A DNA stretch of 32,000 bases, taken from contig NC_010814.1 in NCBI RefSeq assembly GCF_000020385.1, positions 1,320,001-1,352,000 of the forward strand. The letters are read 5' to 3'. The number at the start of each line of letters is the position of its first letter. The first letter of the stretch is position 1. The position numbers and the translations under genes were made by a program. The notes under the pieces were generated by a model. The model was not told where the DNA came from and ran no database searches. It worked only from the letters and a program-made list of their open reading frames with translations. This document shows positions 1 through 9,460 of the stretch, in pieces. The stretch comes from Trichlorobacter lovleyi SZ (GTDB taxonomy: Bacteria > Desulfobacterota > Desulfuromonadia > Geobacterales > Pseudopelobacteraceae).

Positions 1-2
1 TT

Positions 3-191
3 GTGCCGCGTCTAGGGGGGACTATCCTGGAGCGCCGTACCGGTAGTGCCAGGGTACGGATTCCGGAGGATCGTCTGCCTGAGCTGGTGGAACAGCTTGC
101 GCGATCAGGGCGGATAGCAGAGCGTCCTGTCATGGATACAACCGGTGATAAGATGCTGGAACTGCTGATAATCTGGCAGGTTGTAAAATAA
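3..191 (+). CDS. 3' end of a CDS entering from upstream of the window (function unknown)
   Basis: The frame is open from the window edge to a TAA stop at 189-191. I recognise no motif. Confidence 0.3.
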   Translation: MPRLGGTILERRTGSARVRIPEDRLPELVEQLARSGRIAERPVMDTTGDKMLELLIIWQVVK

Positions 192-282
192 ATATTTTTT
201 TGGGGAACTTTTTACTGACTGCTCCTGTCTAACGGTGCAAAGGCTTAACGCAAAAGCCAATCACCCACAACGGGAGGAAGTC

Positions 283-1107
283 ATGAAAACAATCGTAACC
301 GTTATTCTGGCAGTCATGATCAGCACAGTTCAGGTCTGGGCAGGCAGCATCGGCGACAGTGTCGAAGTTAGAGTACTGTCGGAATCCGGTTCAGAATTGC
401 CGTTTTATCCGGTCTCTGCACGCTATCCAGCCAAAAAGGTGTACGCAGAAGCGGTAAAGGGAGATCACTACAGGATTGTGGTCCGCAACAAGCTGAACCG
501 CCGGGTAGGGGTGGTGATTGCGGTGGATGGCCGCAACATTGTCTCCGGCCAGAAGTCCTGGCTGAAAAACAACGAACGGATGTACATCCTGGAACCGTAC
601 GAGCGTTATGAGTATGCCGGCTGGCGCACCGGGCAGGACCGGATCAACCGTTTCTACTTTTCCGAGGTGCCTGACTCCTACGCTGCCTCCTTTGGTGATC
701 AAAGTGCCATGGGGGTAATCGCTGTGGCGGTTTACCCGGAAGTGCAGCGTTATGAACTGCCGGTGCAGTATCGCAGCCAACACTCCGGTTCTGGAGCACC
801 GGCAGCAGAGGCACCAGCTCCTTCAGCAGCATCTGAGCGTAAAAGATCTGCTGCTGCCCCGGCAGCAAAGGCGGAAATGATGGAGAGATCCGCAGGTACC
901 GGCTATGGCAGGAGTGAGTATTCACCGTCCCAGGTTGTGGCCTTTGAGCCGGAACGCCGCTCTGTGGAAAATCTGTACATCAAGTACGAATGGCGCAGCA
1001 CGCTTTGTAAACGGGGTATCATCAGTTGTGACCGGCCCTATCCCAAGGGCCAGAACCGGTTGTGGGATAACGGTGGCTATGCACCGCCGCCGTACGGGCG
1101 GGAGTAG
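283..1107 (+). CDS. secreted hypothetical protein
   Basis: The internal ATG at 283 gives MKTIVTVILAVMISTVQVWA|GS, a Sec-type signal peptide. The track ORF starts at 235. An Ala/Pro-rich linker is present mid-protein. I recognise no family. Confidence 0.6.
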   Translation: MKTIVTVILAVMISTVQVWAGSIGDSVEVRVLSESGSELPFYPVSARYPAKKVYAEAVKGDHYRIVVRNKLNRRVGVVIAVDGRNIVSGQKSWLKNNERMYILEPYERYEYAGWRTGQDRINRFYFSEVPDSYAASFGDQSAMGVIAVAVYPEVQRYELPVQYRSQHSGSGAPAAEAPAPSAASERKRSAAAPAAKAEMMERSAGTGYGRSEYSPSQVVAFEPERRSVENLYIKYEWRSTLCKRGIISCDRPYPKGQNRLWDNGGYAPPPYGRE

Positions 1108-1112
1108 CCCGG

Positions 1113-1964
1113 CTACCTGCCTGCCAGTTGCGGTGATGCAATTGTCCCGCTGATCGGCAGGGTGTAACTGCCCGGTGCTGTCTGATAGAGCATCATCAGC
1201 AGGAAGATGGATTTCTGCCGTTCCAGGAATTCAGCGGTCGGCATCAGTTGCAGGCTGAGGTTGAGCGGGGCGTTGGGGGCGATACTGGTGGTGCCGGTCA
1301 GGCGCAGGTAGATGCCGTCACCCTGCATTGCCAGGCTGTCAACGGTGATGCGGGGGCCGCTGGTGGTCACCAGTCCCCGCGCCTCCTGCACCGTCAGATC
1401 AGGCAGCGACATGCCGGCAACACTGGCACCCTTGAGCCCCAGAGCCGTTATCTGCAGTTTGGCGGTCCCGGCAAGGATACCGGTCTGTTGGGTGGTGAAG
1501 TCGAGATCCAGCCGTGCCGTGCCGCGCAGCTGCCCCCCCAGTTTTGAGGTAAGCAGAGGGATGCTGCCCAGTTCCAGCCCCGCAATACGGATGGTTCCCG
1601 ACCGTTTTTTAAGCGGGTAGATGCTGAATGAGCCGTGCAGCGAACCGGAACCGCTCCGGCCGCTCACGCTCAGCCTGACTCTGCCGGTCAGCAGCGGGAG
1701 CAGCTGCAGACGCAGACGGAACTGCTCAACGGTAAGCCACGCCCCGTTTCCATCGCCGATGGTCAGCCGGTCTGCCGCCAGTGCAAAGGGGAGGGCCGTT
1801 CGCAGGTTTTTGGCCTGCAGTGTGAGTCCGTGCGGTTCCAGCTGTTCGCGGAGTGCCTGATCAAGGGAGCGATCGGAAATAAACCAGACCGCCAGCATCA
1901 TGACCAGTACCAGGCCTGCCAGGGCGGCGGCAAAGCCGCCTATGAGGCGCAGGAAAAGGTTCAT
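1113..1964 (-). CDS. gspN: type II secretion system protein N
   Basis: Last gene of the gsp operon, with a single N-terminal TM helix (GGFAAALAGLVLVMMLAVWF). Its start makes a 4-nt overlap with the gspM stop. The call rests on position and architecture. Confidence 0.7.
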   Translation of the reverse strand: MNLFLRLIGGFAAALAGLVLVMMLAVWFISDRSLDQALREQLEPHGLTLQAKNLRTALPFALAADRLTIGDGNGAWLTVEQFRLRLQLLPLLTGRVRLSVSGRSGSGSLHGSFSIYPLKKRSGTIRIAGLELGSIPLLTSKLGGQLRGTARLDLDFTTQQTGILAGTAKLQITALGLKGASVAGMSLPDLTVQEARGLVTTSGPRITVDSLAMQGDGIYLRLTGTTSIAPNAPLNLSLQLMPTAEFLERQKSIFLLMMLYQTAPGSYTLPISGTIASPQLAGR

Positions 1965-2512
1965 CGACGCTCTGCCGGTGCCGGTCGCAGCAGGCCAACG
2001 GTCAGGGTGAGATCGAGTTTTGCCGGATCGCTGAACCGGGTCCGCAAAAGTGCCTTGCGGATGGCAACCGGTTTTGTGCCGTACTCCAGCCGGTGCAGCA
2101 GGTTGATCGTTTCATTCAGGCTCAGACCTGAAAGTGTTATCTCGGAACTGTCCTCCAGCGAACCGCTTTTCTCCTGTTTGGGCAACGGTTTGGTCTGGAT
2201 GCCTGCCTTGGCGACAATGCCGCTCTGTTCAATGATGGCCGCCGGGCTGTCCTCCGTGGTCACGGTTGCCAGCCGGTTTGTCAGGCGCTGGGCCTCTCCG
2301 GATATTTCCCGGTAGCGCTGCTGCAGGGTCATCAGCTCCTTCAAGGTCAGCTCACGGGAGGCCAACTTGCGTTCCAGGGTTGCCAGGTGGTTTTCCAGTA
2401 ATCCGTAACAGACAAAAAAGAGTAGTACGACGGAAAGGGCAATGATCATCATGCGCCTGATTTCAGCATCCAGTGTCGATACCTGATCTGTAATTTTACT
2501 GAGTAGCGTCAT
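1961..2512 (-). CDS. gspM: type II secretion system protein M
   Basis: I use the internal ATG at 2512, which forms an ATGA overlap with the gspL stop at 2509-2511. The product is MTLLSKITDQ... with one TM helix (MIIALSVVLLFFVCYGLL). The track ORF is extended 29 codons into gspL. Confidence 0.75.
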   Translation of the reverse strand: MTLLSKITDQVSTLDAEIRRMMIIALSVVLLFFVCYGLLENHLATLERKLASRELTLKELMTLQQRYREISGEAQRLTNRLATVTTEDSPAAIIEQSGIVAKAGIQTKPLPKQEKSGSLEDSSEITLSGLSLNETINLLHRLEYGTKPVAIRKALLRTRFSDPAKLDLTLTVGLLRPAPAERR

Positions 2513-3822
2513 GGTTTTGCACCTCCACGGTTCCCTTTCAGCTGAAAGAGGATCGTTCCATCCGGCCGGCTGGTGATCTCCGGCTGTTCCACCTGCCATC
2601 CGGCTGTTAGCAGCTTTTGCCGCAAGGTGCTGATAGCGGCACTGGTCCTGCCATCTCCTTTGACTTTAAAACGGGTTCCGTCATAGTCGATTTCACTGAA
2701 CCCGCTGATCTCAACGCCCTTGTGTTCAGTCAGCAGACGCAGGAACGGCAGAATAGTGGGGCTGAGGCTGGTGCCCTCAAGCCGGCGTATTTCAGCCTTC
2801 AGTTCCGCTGCCTCATCCACCGCTTTCTTCCGGTTCGGGAAGCTCTCCCGGTAGATCTTGCCGATGGAACTGTTCAGCGATGTAATGTCCCGTGAGAGCA
2901 GGTACCAGCGGGTGCCTGCCTCTGCAAGCAGCAGAACGGCAGCGATACAGGCCAGTATCAGCGGCAGACGAAACGCTCGCAATAAACGCCTGTTTTTCTG
3001 CTTCCAGGCCAATGGCCCGCTGCGAAGATTGAACGGTTCTCCAAAACAGAACGCCAACGCTGCAGCAAAGGGGGCCGCCAGGGCCAGCGGGGCCAGCCCA
3101 TCCTGCGATGCCGGTGTCTTTAGCGCATCCGGCAGGGGGAACAGTTCGATAACCCGCTCTGACGTTGAGGCAAGAGGCAGCAACAGCGGGTCAAGGAGCA
3201 GGACCCGGTCTACCTGCAGGTCGCGGGTCAGTTCCAGCGTGGCAAGCGTCCGTTCAAGGTCGTCGCTGTTGTTGTTCAAGGTTCTGCAGAACAGCAGCTG
3301 GCCCTGGCGGCAGACGGTGACGGCGGTACTGTCGCAGATTGCCACAGTTTCAGAGGAGTCGGGCGGCAGCAGCAGATTCCAGTGCAGGCAGGAGGCGGTG
3401 ACTATCTCCGGTTCAGCCCCTGCCTCAGTCAGGGTGGTGATCAGGTCCGCAATCTGCCCCTGTGCTGCCCAGCCAGCCAGCTGGCCTCCCCCTGCCAGCG
3501 CCACCGCATCACAGACAATGGTGGCGTCATCCTGAGCGGTTTCCCCTGCCAGCTCAAACGGCAGGACAGCCCGGATTTTTGCCCGCTCGGTGATGGGAAG
3601 CTGCAGTTCGCGCAGGTTCAACAGACCGGGGGGGATGGACAGGATCGTCCTGGTCTCGCCCTTCGTGACTGAAGCCAGGCTCTCCGCTATTTTGCTGACC
3701 AGCTCTTCCCGGTTCTCTGTCTGGTGCCGGATAGCGGTAAGCGGCACCAGTTCCCTGCCGGCATGTCGGAATCTGCCAAGGGTAAAGCCGGACTCATGCA
3801 GTTGAATGACATGTATGATCAT
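2509..3822 (-). CDS. gspL: type II secretion system protein L
   Basis: 437 aa with a cytoplasmic actin/PilM-like N-domain, a central TM helix (LPLILACIAAVLLLAEA) and a periplasmic C-domain. It lies between gspK and gspM. Confidence 0.8.
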   Translation of the reverse strand: MIIHVIQLHESGFTLGRFRHAGRELVPLTAIRHQTENREELVSKIAESLASVTKGETRTILSIPPGLLNLRELQLPITERAKIRAVLPFELAGETAQDDATIVCDAVALAGGGQLAGWAAQGQIADLITTLTEAGAEPEIVTASCLHWNLLLPPDSSETVAICDSTAVTVCRQGQLLFCRTLNNNSDDLERTLATLELTRDLQVDRVLLLDPLLLPLASTSERVIELFPLPDALKTPASQDGLAPLALAAPFAAALAFCFGEPFNLRSGPLAWKQKNRRLLRAFRLPLILACIAAVLLLAEAGTRWYLLSRDITSLNSSIGKIYRESFPNRKKAVDEAAELKAEIRRLEGTSLSPTILPFLRLLTEHKGVEISGFSEIDYDGTRFKVKGDGRTSAAISTLRQKLLTAGWQVEQPEITSRPDGTILFQLKGNRGGAKP

Positions 3823-3826
3823 GGTC

Positions 3827-4756
3827 TCAATACTCCCGCCAGTAGATGATGGTGGATGTCCCGCCGTTGATACGGGCTACTGCTTCAATGGTGCGGGTAA
3901 CGTCGTTGACAGTGGCCTCGGAACGGATCCGGTAGACCGAGCCTTTGGTTACAATACGGGTTTGCAGGGCCGTGGCAATGGTTTGCATGCCGGGAACCTT
4001 GACCATTTCCGCCGGAGTCTTAAAAGGTGTTGTCAGCCGGTAGGCAATGATCTGCTCTGCCAGAGACTCGGTCATCCCCTCATCCAGTGCCAGCAATAGC
4101 TCCCGCGGTGCAGTGTTGATGTTGATCGGAGCAGCAACAGCCACGCCGGGCTGATCTCCGTAGACGGTGGTAAACGGCCGCAACTGCTCAACCAGCTCCG
4201 GGGTGAAACCTCGTATCCTGTTCAGCTCTTCAAAGGTTTCGAGCGGTTTGTTGCGAGGACGATATTTTACTTTACGTCCCTGGTACCAGGCAGACTCAGC
4301 ACCGCCCGGATGGGGGCTGTCGTCGGTATCTATCCAGTCTGCCAGACTGTCCAGCAGATCAGAGGGCTGCTTGAGGCGTGTCAGCAGGCGTTGTCCGATA
4401 CCTTTGTACTCCTCATTGAACTGTCCGTTCGGCAGGGCGATCAGATTCAGGTTGAGCTTGCCGTTCTCCTCTTCAATCGTGATCCGCAGCGAGCCGCGCT
4501 CTTCATCAAACGCAAGCGGTTTCGCCCAGACATCATTCAGTGAACTGTATGACTGGCTTGAGGTGGTTGTCGTAAGCAGCTGCAACGCGCCGGTGATGCC
4601 TCCTTCGGCAAACAGGCTGCCCTGCTGGGCCGCAACGGCATTGTGGTGCGTACCGGTCTCAAGATAGACCTCATTGATAAAGGTGACCACGAGAGCGGTG
4701 ACCAGCGCCGTCACCACCAGGGCTATGACCAGTGCAAACCCGCGCTTGCCGTTCAT
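3827..4756 (-). CDS. gspK: type II secretion minor pseudopilin K
   Basis: The N-terminus KRGFALVIALVVTALV is a pseudopilin-like hydrophobic segment. Size (309 aa) and operon position fit, and its start makes a 4-nt overlap with the gspJ stop. Confidence 0.85.
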   Translation of the reverse strand: MNGKRGFALVIALVVTALVTALVVTFINEVYLETGTHHNAVAAQQGSLFAEGGITGALQLLTTTTSSQSYSSLNDVWAKPLAFDEERGSLRITIEEENGKLNLNLIALPNGQFNEEYKGIGQRLLTRLKQPSDLLDSLADWIDTDDSPHPGGAESAWYQGRKVKYRPRNKPLETFEELNRIRGFTPELVEQLRPFTTVYGDQPGVAVAAPININTAPRELLLALDEGMTESLAEQIIAYRLTTPFKTPAEMVKVPGMQTIATALQTRIVTKGSVYRIRSEATVNDVTRTIEAVARINGGTSTIIYWREY

Positions 4757-5361
4757 CGTGACGTAATCCTCGGCTTGACCGTGGCCTGGTACGCTACCGT
4801 TTGGCCACCTTCGCGCAGCCTGATGGTAATCCGGATCAATTTGGGCACGGCTTTGGTCAGCTCAGTATCCCAGGTCTTCAGCCAACGGTTGCCATCCGAG
4901 CATTCCACCAGAAATCCTTCCAGCTCGTCCAGCAGGGGGTAGGCCTTGGGTTCATCCCCTTCCAGCAACAGGTCCTGGCTCGCTTTGGTCAGGCTAAGCC
5001 GCTCCCGGGAGGTGTCGATGCGGTACCGTACACGCAGCTGATCGGATACCGGCGCTGGGGTCGGGGCAGCCAGGGTGCTGAATGTCAGGGTTGAGGCAGG
5101 CTTGCCAAAATAGTCCCGGTCTTCCACCACAAAGCGCAGACGGCTGTCGTCCGAAAAATAGCGCAGTGACGCAAGTTCACGGCGGAGCATATCCAGGGTG
5201 GAGCGCAGGACCCGGCGCTGCTCCATACCCTGGGAGGCAACTTCATGTGCCCGGTTGAGAGAAAACAGTGTTGCATAGGCTGCGGTGATAACCAGCGTCG
5301 CAATTGCAAGGGCGATCAGCAGTTCAAGCAGGGTAAATCCGCGCCGGTTATTTGCGGTCAT
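4753..5361 (-). CDS. gspJ: type II secretion minor pseudopilin J
   Basis: Prepilin-type N-terminus RRGFTLLELLIALAI. Confidence 0.85.
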   Translation of the reverse strand: MTANNRRGFTLLELLIALAIATLVITAAYATLFSLNRAHEVASQGMEQRRVLRSTLDMLRRELASLRYFSDDSRLRFVVEDRDYFGKPASTLTFSTLAAPTPAPVSDQLRVRYRIDTSRERLSLTKASQDLLLEGDEPKAYPLLDELEGFLVECSDGNRWLKTWDTELTKAVPKLIRITIRLREGGQTVAYQATVKPRITSR

Positions 5362-5698
5362 AGGTCACCAGGGTCAGGTTGCGGCGGCCCTGCTGCCAGG
5401 AGACCGTGAGCGTAAAACGGCGCAGTCCCGGATAGTTTGAGGGCAGCTCCTCACGTTTCCAGGTCATGTCCGGATATTCCGGGGCAAATGAACCGTCGGC
5501 CTTGAGTGACGTGAGGAAGCCCGGTTCTTCAAGCTTGGCCCGGCACAAGAGCATGGCAGAGGTCTCTTCCCGATCACGCACAACCAGGGAAAGGTGCCGG
5601 TTAAAGACCACAACGGAGCTGGTCAGGACACCGGCCACCAGCGCCAGGGCCACCAGTACCTCAAGGAGGGTAAAACCGCTGGATGCCCGGCTCTTCAC
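5348..5698 (-). CDS. gspI: type II secretion minor pseudopilin I
   Basis: Prepilin-type N-terminus SSGFTLLEVLVALAL, 116 aa. Confidence 0.85.
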   Translation of the reverse strand: MKSRASSGFTLLEVLVALALVAGVLTSSVVVFNRHLSLVVRDREETSAMLLCRAKLEEPGFLTSLKADGSFAPEYPDMTWKREELPSNYPGLRRFTLTVSWQQGRRNLTLVTYDRK

Positions 5699-6207
5699 TG
5701 GATCGTCTCCTGGTATCCTGATGCTACCTTGATCGAGCCGCTGACCGGCAGTGCCTGAATGGTGAAGTAGCTGTTGTCGGGCGCGACCAGATGCAGCAGC
5801 AGGGGAGCCGAACGGCCGCCGGGGCCGTAGCTGATCAACGCCTCCCCGGTATTGATCGTGCCGAGCTGGTCCGTGGTGATGTCGCTGACACGGATACCTT
5901 TTACCAGCGGCTGACGTTTCAGGAATGGGTCGTCATCCTGTGGGGTATCGCTGCTGGCCGGTTCTTTCCGGCTGACGCTCAGACGGTCATCATCAAGGTT
6001 GATACGCAGATAGTAGGTCTTTTTGGTTGCAACGGCACGTTCTTCCAGATAGCGCATCAGGACTGCCAACTGACGGGCTGAATTGCGCAGATCGGATGCC
6101 TGGCTTGAAGGCAGACGTGGAAATATAAGTGCTGTAACCAATGAGATCAGCAGCAGCACCACAATCAGTTCCAGCAGGGTAAAACCTGCGTGCAAAGGCC
6201 GCATCAT
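5695..6207 (-). CDS. gspH: type II secretion minor pseudopilin H
   Basis: I use the internal ATG at 6207, which gives MMRPLHAGFTLLELIVVLLLISL, a prepilin motif near the N-terminus. The track ORF (to 6333) would overlap gspG. Confidence 0.75.
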   Translation of the reverse strand: MMRPLHAGFTLLELIVVLLLISLVTALIFPRLPSSQASDLRNSARQLAVLMRYLEERAVATKKTYYLRINLDDDRLSVSRKEPASSDTPQDDDPFLKRQPLVKGIRVSDITTDQLGTINTGEALISYGPGGRSAPLLLHLVAPDNSYFTIQALPVSGSIKVASGYQETIQ

Positions 6208-6235
6208 GCCGGTGGGGCCGTGCTGTCCGGTATGC

Positions 6236-6679
6236 TTACTGGATGTTCCAGTTGCAGATATCGGCACCTTTACCTTCGCCCCCCTTGACACCGTCACTGC
6301 CAAGGCTGCAAAGATCATAATCGCCATGCTCACCGGGGGAAAGGTAGATGTAGTCGCCCCCCCAGGGGTCTGTCGGCAGCTTTTTACTCTCCAGATAGCC
6401 TTCCTGGCGGTAGTTCTTGGGAATCAGCCCGGTGGTCGGTTTGGTCAACAACGCCTGCATCCCCTGCTCTGTGGTGGGGTAGTTGCCGTTATCCAGCTTG
6501 TACAGTTTGAGCGCGGTTTCAAGATTACGGATCTGTACCTTGGCGTCGGCAAGCTTGGCATCATCAGATCTGCCGATGATCTTGGGGCCCACCAGCGCTG
6601 CCAAAAGCGCCAGTATGACGATGACCACCATGATTTCTATCAGGGTAAAACCCCGCCGGTTGTTGACTGTTCTCTGCAT
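6236..6679 (-). CDS. gspG: type II secretion major pseudopilin G
   Basis: RRGFTLIEIMVVIVILALLAALVGPKI... followed by DAKVQIRNLETALKLYKLDNGNYPT, the classic GspG signature. Confidence 0.95.
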   Translation of the reverse strand: MQRTVNNRRGFTLIEIMVVIVILALLAALVGPKIIGRSDDAKLADAKVQIRNLETALKLYKLDNGNYPTTEQGMQALLTKPTTGLIPKNYRQEGYLESKKLPTDPWGGDYIYLSPGEHGDYDLCSLGSDGVKGGEGKGADICNWNIQ

Positions 6680-6702
6680 CGGTCTATTCTCCCTTCAAAC
6701 GT

Positions 6703-7914
6703 CTATTTAACCAGTTCGTTCAGCTGGAAAATCGGTAACAGGACGGCAATCACCACCAGTCCCACCATCAGGCCCATCGCCAGCACCAGCAGCGGTTCCA
6801 GCAGGGCCATAAAACGGCCGGTTGCCGCCTCAAACTCCCGTTCAAAACTGCTTCCTGCCGTTTCCAGGCTGTCAACCAGCGCACCGCTGCGTTCCCCCAC
6901 TGCAATCAGGTGGGTCAGGACCGGCGGGAACAGCTCGGAACGCTCAAGGGTGGCGGAGAGACTGCCTCCTTCTGCCAGTGAACGTCCCGCCTCGTGCAGG
7001 ACAGCGCGGTAGGCCCGGTTGACCACCGCCTCCGAAGTAATTTCAAGGGAATGCAGAAGCGGCACGCCGCTCCCCAGCAAAAGTCCCAGCACCCGTGAGA
7101 AACGGGCCAGGGCCAGCGTCTGCAGCAGCCCCCCCACCAGCGGCAGAGACACCAGAAACCGGTCGCGCCGTTGCAGGAAACTTTCCTTGAGAGACAGCCG
7201 GCGGTAGGTCAGCAGGGCGGCAACGGTCAGCAGCAACAGCAGCCACCAGCCGCTGCGAACCAGGTTGCTGACGGTCAGCAGCGCCACCGTCAAAAACGGC
7301 AGCGTGGCTTTGGTGTCGGCGAAGATGCCGGTGATCTTGGGAACGACAAAGGTCAGCAGAAAGAGCATGACGCCGCTGCCCACCACCGCCATCAGGCCCG
7401 GATAGGCCAGGGCGGTGCTGACTGAACGGCGCATCTCCTCCTGGCGTTCCAGAAAGTCGGCCAGACGCTGTAGTACCTTGTCAAGCGCTCCGCCCGCCTC
7501 ACCGGCTGCCACCATGGCGATATAGCTTTCACCAAAGACCTTCGGTTCTGAGGACATGGCCCGGGCAAGTGGTGATCCTTCTGCCAGCCGGCTGCGCAGA
7601 CGCGACAGGATGGAACGCAATTCCCCGGTCTTTTCCTGGCGGTGCAATGCTTCCAGCGCTTCATGGATCGGTACCGCCGCTGCTGTAAGGGTGGAGAGAC
7701 GCCGGGTAAACAGGGCAAGTGAGGCAACAGAAACCGCCTTGCGGCCTAAGCCCAGGATACCTGCGGGGGCTTTGGTGTCCTGTTCGGTGAGGGTTGTCGG
7801 TAAGACCCCGCGGTGACGCAGTTCCTCGCGGGCAGCCCGCAGGCTGTCAGCCTCCAGTACCCCTTTGGTCTCGCGACCGTCTGAAGAAAATCCGTTATAC
7901 TGGAAGGTCGACAT
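6703..7914 (-). CDS. gspF: type II secretion inner-membrane platform protein F
   Basis: 403 aa with the duplicated GspF-type cytoplasmic domain and three TM segments. Confidence 0.95.
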   Translation of the reverse strand: MSTFQYNGFSSDGRETKGVLEADSLRAAREELRHRGVLPTTLTEQDTKAPAGILGLGRKAVSVASLALFTRRLSTLTAAAVPIHEALEALHRQEKTGELRSILSRLRSRLAEGSPLARAMSSEPKVFGESYIAMVAAGEAGGALDKVLQRLADFLERQEEMRRSVSTALAYPGLMAVVGSGVMLFLLTFVVPKITGIFADTKATLPFLTVALLTVSNLVRSGWWLLLLLTVAALLTYRRLSLKESFLQRRDRFLVSLPLVGGLLQTLALARFSRVLGLLLGSGVPLLHSLEITSEAVVNRAYRAVLHEAGRSLAEGGSLSATLERSELFPPVLTHLIAVGERSGALVDSLETAGSSFEREFEAATGRFMALLEPLLVLAMGLMVGLVVIAVLLPIFQLNELVK

Positions 7915-9460
7915 ACTCTTCCTGGGTTACCCTCAGGACCTCTTCCAGGGTGGTGATCCCTGCGGCTACCTTGGCAAAACCATCTTCCCGCAGCGTTCGC
8001 ATACCGCATGAAATGGCATATTCCTTGATTTCACCGGCCGGGGCCTGTCTGGTGATCATGCTGCACAGCTCGGAATCAATGGTCAGCAGTTCGTAGATCC
8101 CGGTTCTGCCCAGAGTCCCCTGCCCGAAGCAGTGGTCACAGCCCCGGCCGCGGTAGAGCAGCTCCGGCAGTCCCTCAACCGGCTGTTCCGGCCGGTAGGA
8201 CTCGCGGCAGTGGGGGCAGATGGTCCGTACCAGGCGTTGTGCCAGGATGCCCGCCAGGGATGAAGCCACCATAAACGGCTCAATCCCCATGTCCATCAAT
8301 CTGGTAACGGCCGTGGCAGCATCGTTGGTATGCAGGGTCGAGAGTACCAGGTGGCCGGTCAGCGAGGCCTGCATGGCAATCTCGGCGGTTTCGGCATCAC
8401 GGATCTCGCCCACCATGATGATGTCCGGGTCCTGGCGCAGGATTGAACGCAGTCCGTTGGCAAAGGTCAGGTCGATCTTCGGGTTGACCTGTATCTGGCC
8501 GACACCGGACAACTGGTATTCAATCGGGTCTTCAATGGTGATCAGGTTCTTTTCCTGGCGGTTCAGGCGTGAGACGGCGGCATAGAGGGTGGTGGTCTTG
8601 CCGCTGCCGGTGGGGCCGGTCACCAGGATGATGCCGCTGGAGCGGCTGATCAGACGCTGCATGGTGTCGCGATCCCGCTCGGAAAAACCGATGTCGGTCA
8701 GTGACAGGATTCCCTTGTGGCGGTCAAGCAGACGCAGTACGGTCCGCTCGCCGAAAAAGGTCGGGATGATCGAGACCCGGATATCCACCTCATGGCCTGC
8801 CACCAGCACCTTGAAACGGCCATCCTGGGGCAGGCGCTTTTCCGCGATATTCAGCGCGGCCATGATCTTGACCCGCGACACCAGCGCCTCCTGCAGCACC
8901 TTGGGCGGTTCCAGGACCTGATGCAGAATGCCGTCAACCCGAAAACGGACATCTAGGGTCCGTTCAAACGGTTCGATATGGATGTCGCTGGCTCGTTCCT
9001 TGACCGCCTGGAAGAGGATCGCATTCAGGAGACGGATGACCGGTGCCTCATCGCTTAAATCAAGCAGATCCTTGGGATGGGCCAGCTCGGTGGCGATGAC
9101 CGAGAGGTCTTCATCGGCCAGATTCTCCACCACCTCACGGGCCGATCCGGCTGTGCGGCTGTAGAGCCGGTTGATTGCTGCCAGCAGCTCATCCGGCGGT
9201 ACCACCAGCACGGAGAGCGGCAGGTTATACAGCTTGGCCACCTCATCCTGGGCCAGCAGGTCCGTAGGGTTGGCCACGGCAAGCAGCAGGCGGTCCTCTT
9301 TTTCCTGCAGCGGCAACAGCAGCTTGCTGCGGGCAAAGGCAAGCGGGAGTCTGGCCAGTAACGAGCTGTTGGCCTGCTGGTCGTCAATCCGCTCCAGAAA
9401 AGGCAGGTTCAGGCGCTCAGCCGCAGTCTTAAGGTTGTCCAGGGCGTGCTCGGGGCTCAT
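7895..9460 (-). CDS. gspE: type II secretion ATPase E
   Basis: Walker A GPTGSGKTT and the tetracysteine motif CPHC...CDHC are present. The ATG shares one nucleotide with the gspD stop (ATGA). Confidence 0.95.
   Translation of the reverse strand: MSPEHALDNLKTAAERLNLPFLERIDDQQANSSLLARLPLAFARSKLLLPLQEKEDRLLLAVANPTDLLAQDEVAKLYNLPLSVLVVPPDELLAAINRLYSRTAGSAREVVENLADEDLSVIATELAHPKDLLDLSDEAPVIRLLNAILFQAVKERASDIHIEPFERTLDVRFRVDGILHQVLEPPKVLQEALVSRVKIMAALNIAEKRLPQDGRFKVLVAGHEVDIRVSIIPTFFGERTVLRLLDRHKGILSLTDIGFSERDRDTMQRLISRSSGIILVTGPTGSGKTTTLYAAVSRLNRQEKNLITIEDPIEYQLSGVGQIQVNPKIDLTFANGLRSILRQDPDIIMVGEIRDAETAEIAMQASLTGHLVLSTLHTNDAATAVTRLMDMGIEPFMVASSLAGILAQRLVRTICPHCRESYRPEQPVEGLPELLYRGRGCDHCFGQGTLGRTGIYELLTIDSELCSMITRQAPAGEIKEYAISCGMRTLREDGFAKVAAGITTLEEVLRVTQEEYVDLPV

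Noticed and set aside
1105-1115. The stop codons of the convergent genes form a palindrome, TAGCCCGGCTA, with only 5 nt between the CDSs.
   Set aside because: This is real but probably incidental. It is too short to be a terminator and has no further structure.
6083-7012. Long plus-strand ORFs antisense to the gsp genes and ribBA, for example 6083-7012, 1635-2315, 2858-3535, 4167-4667, 9171-9560 and 18045-18656.
   Set aside because: These are shadow ORFs typical of high-GC coding DNA. They give Arg/Ser/Pro/Ala-rich low-complexity translations with no motifs, and each fully overlaps a confidently identified minus-strand gene.
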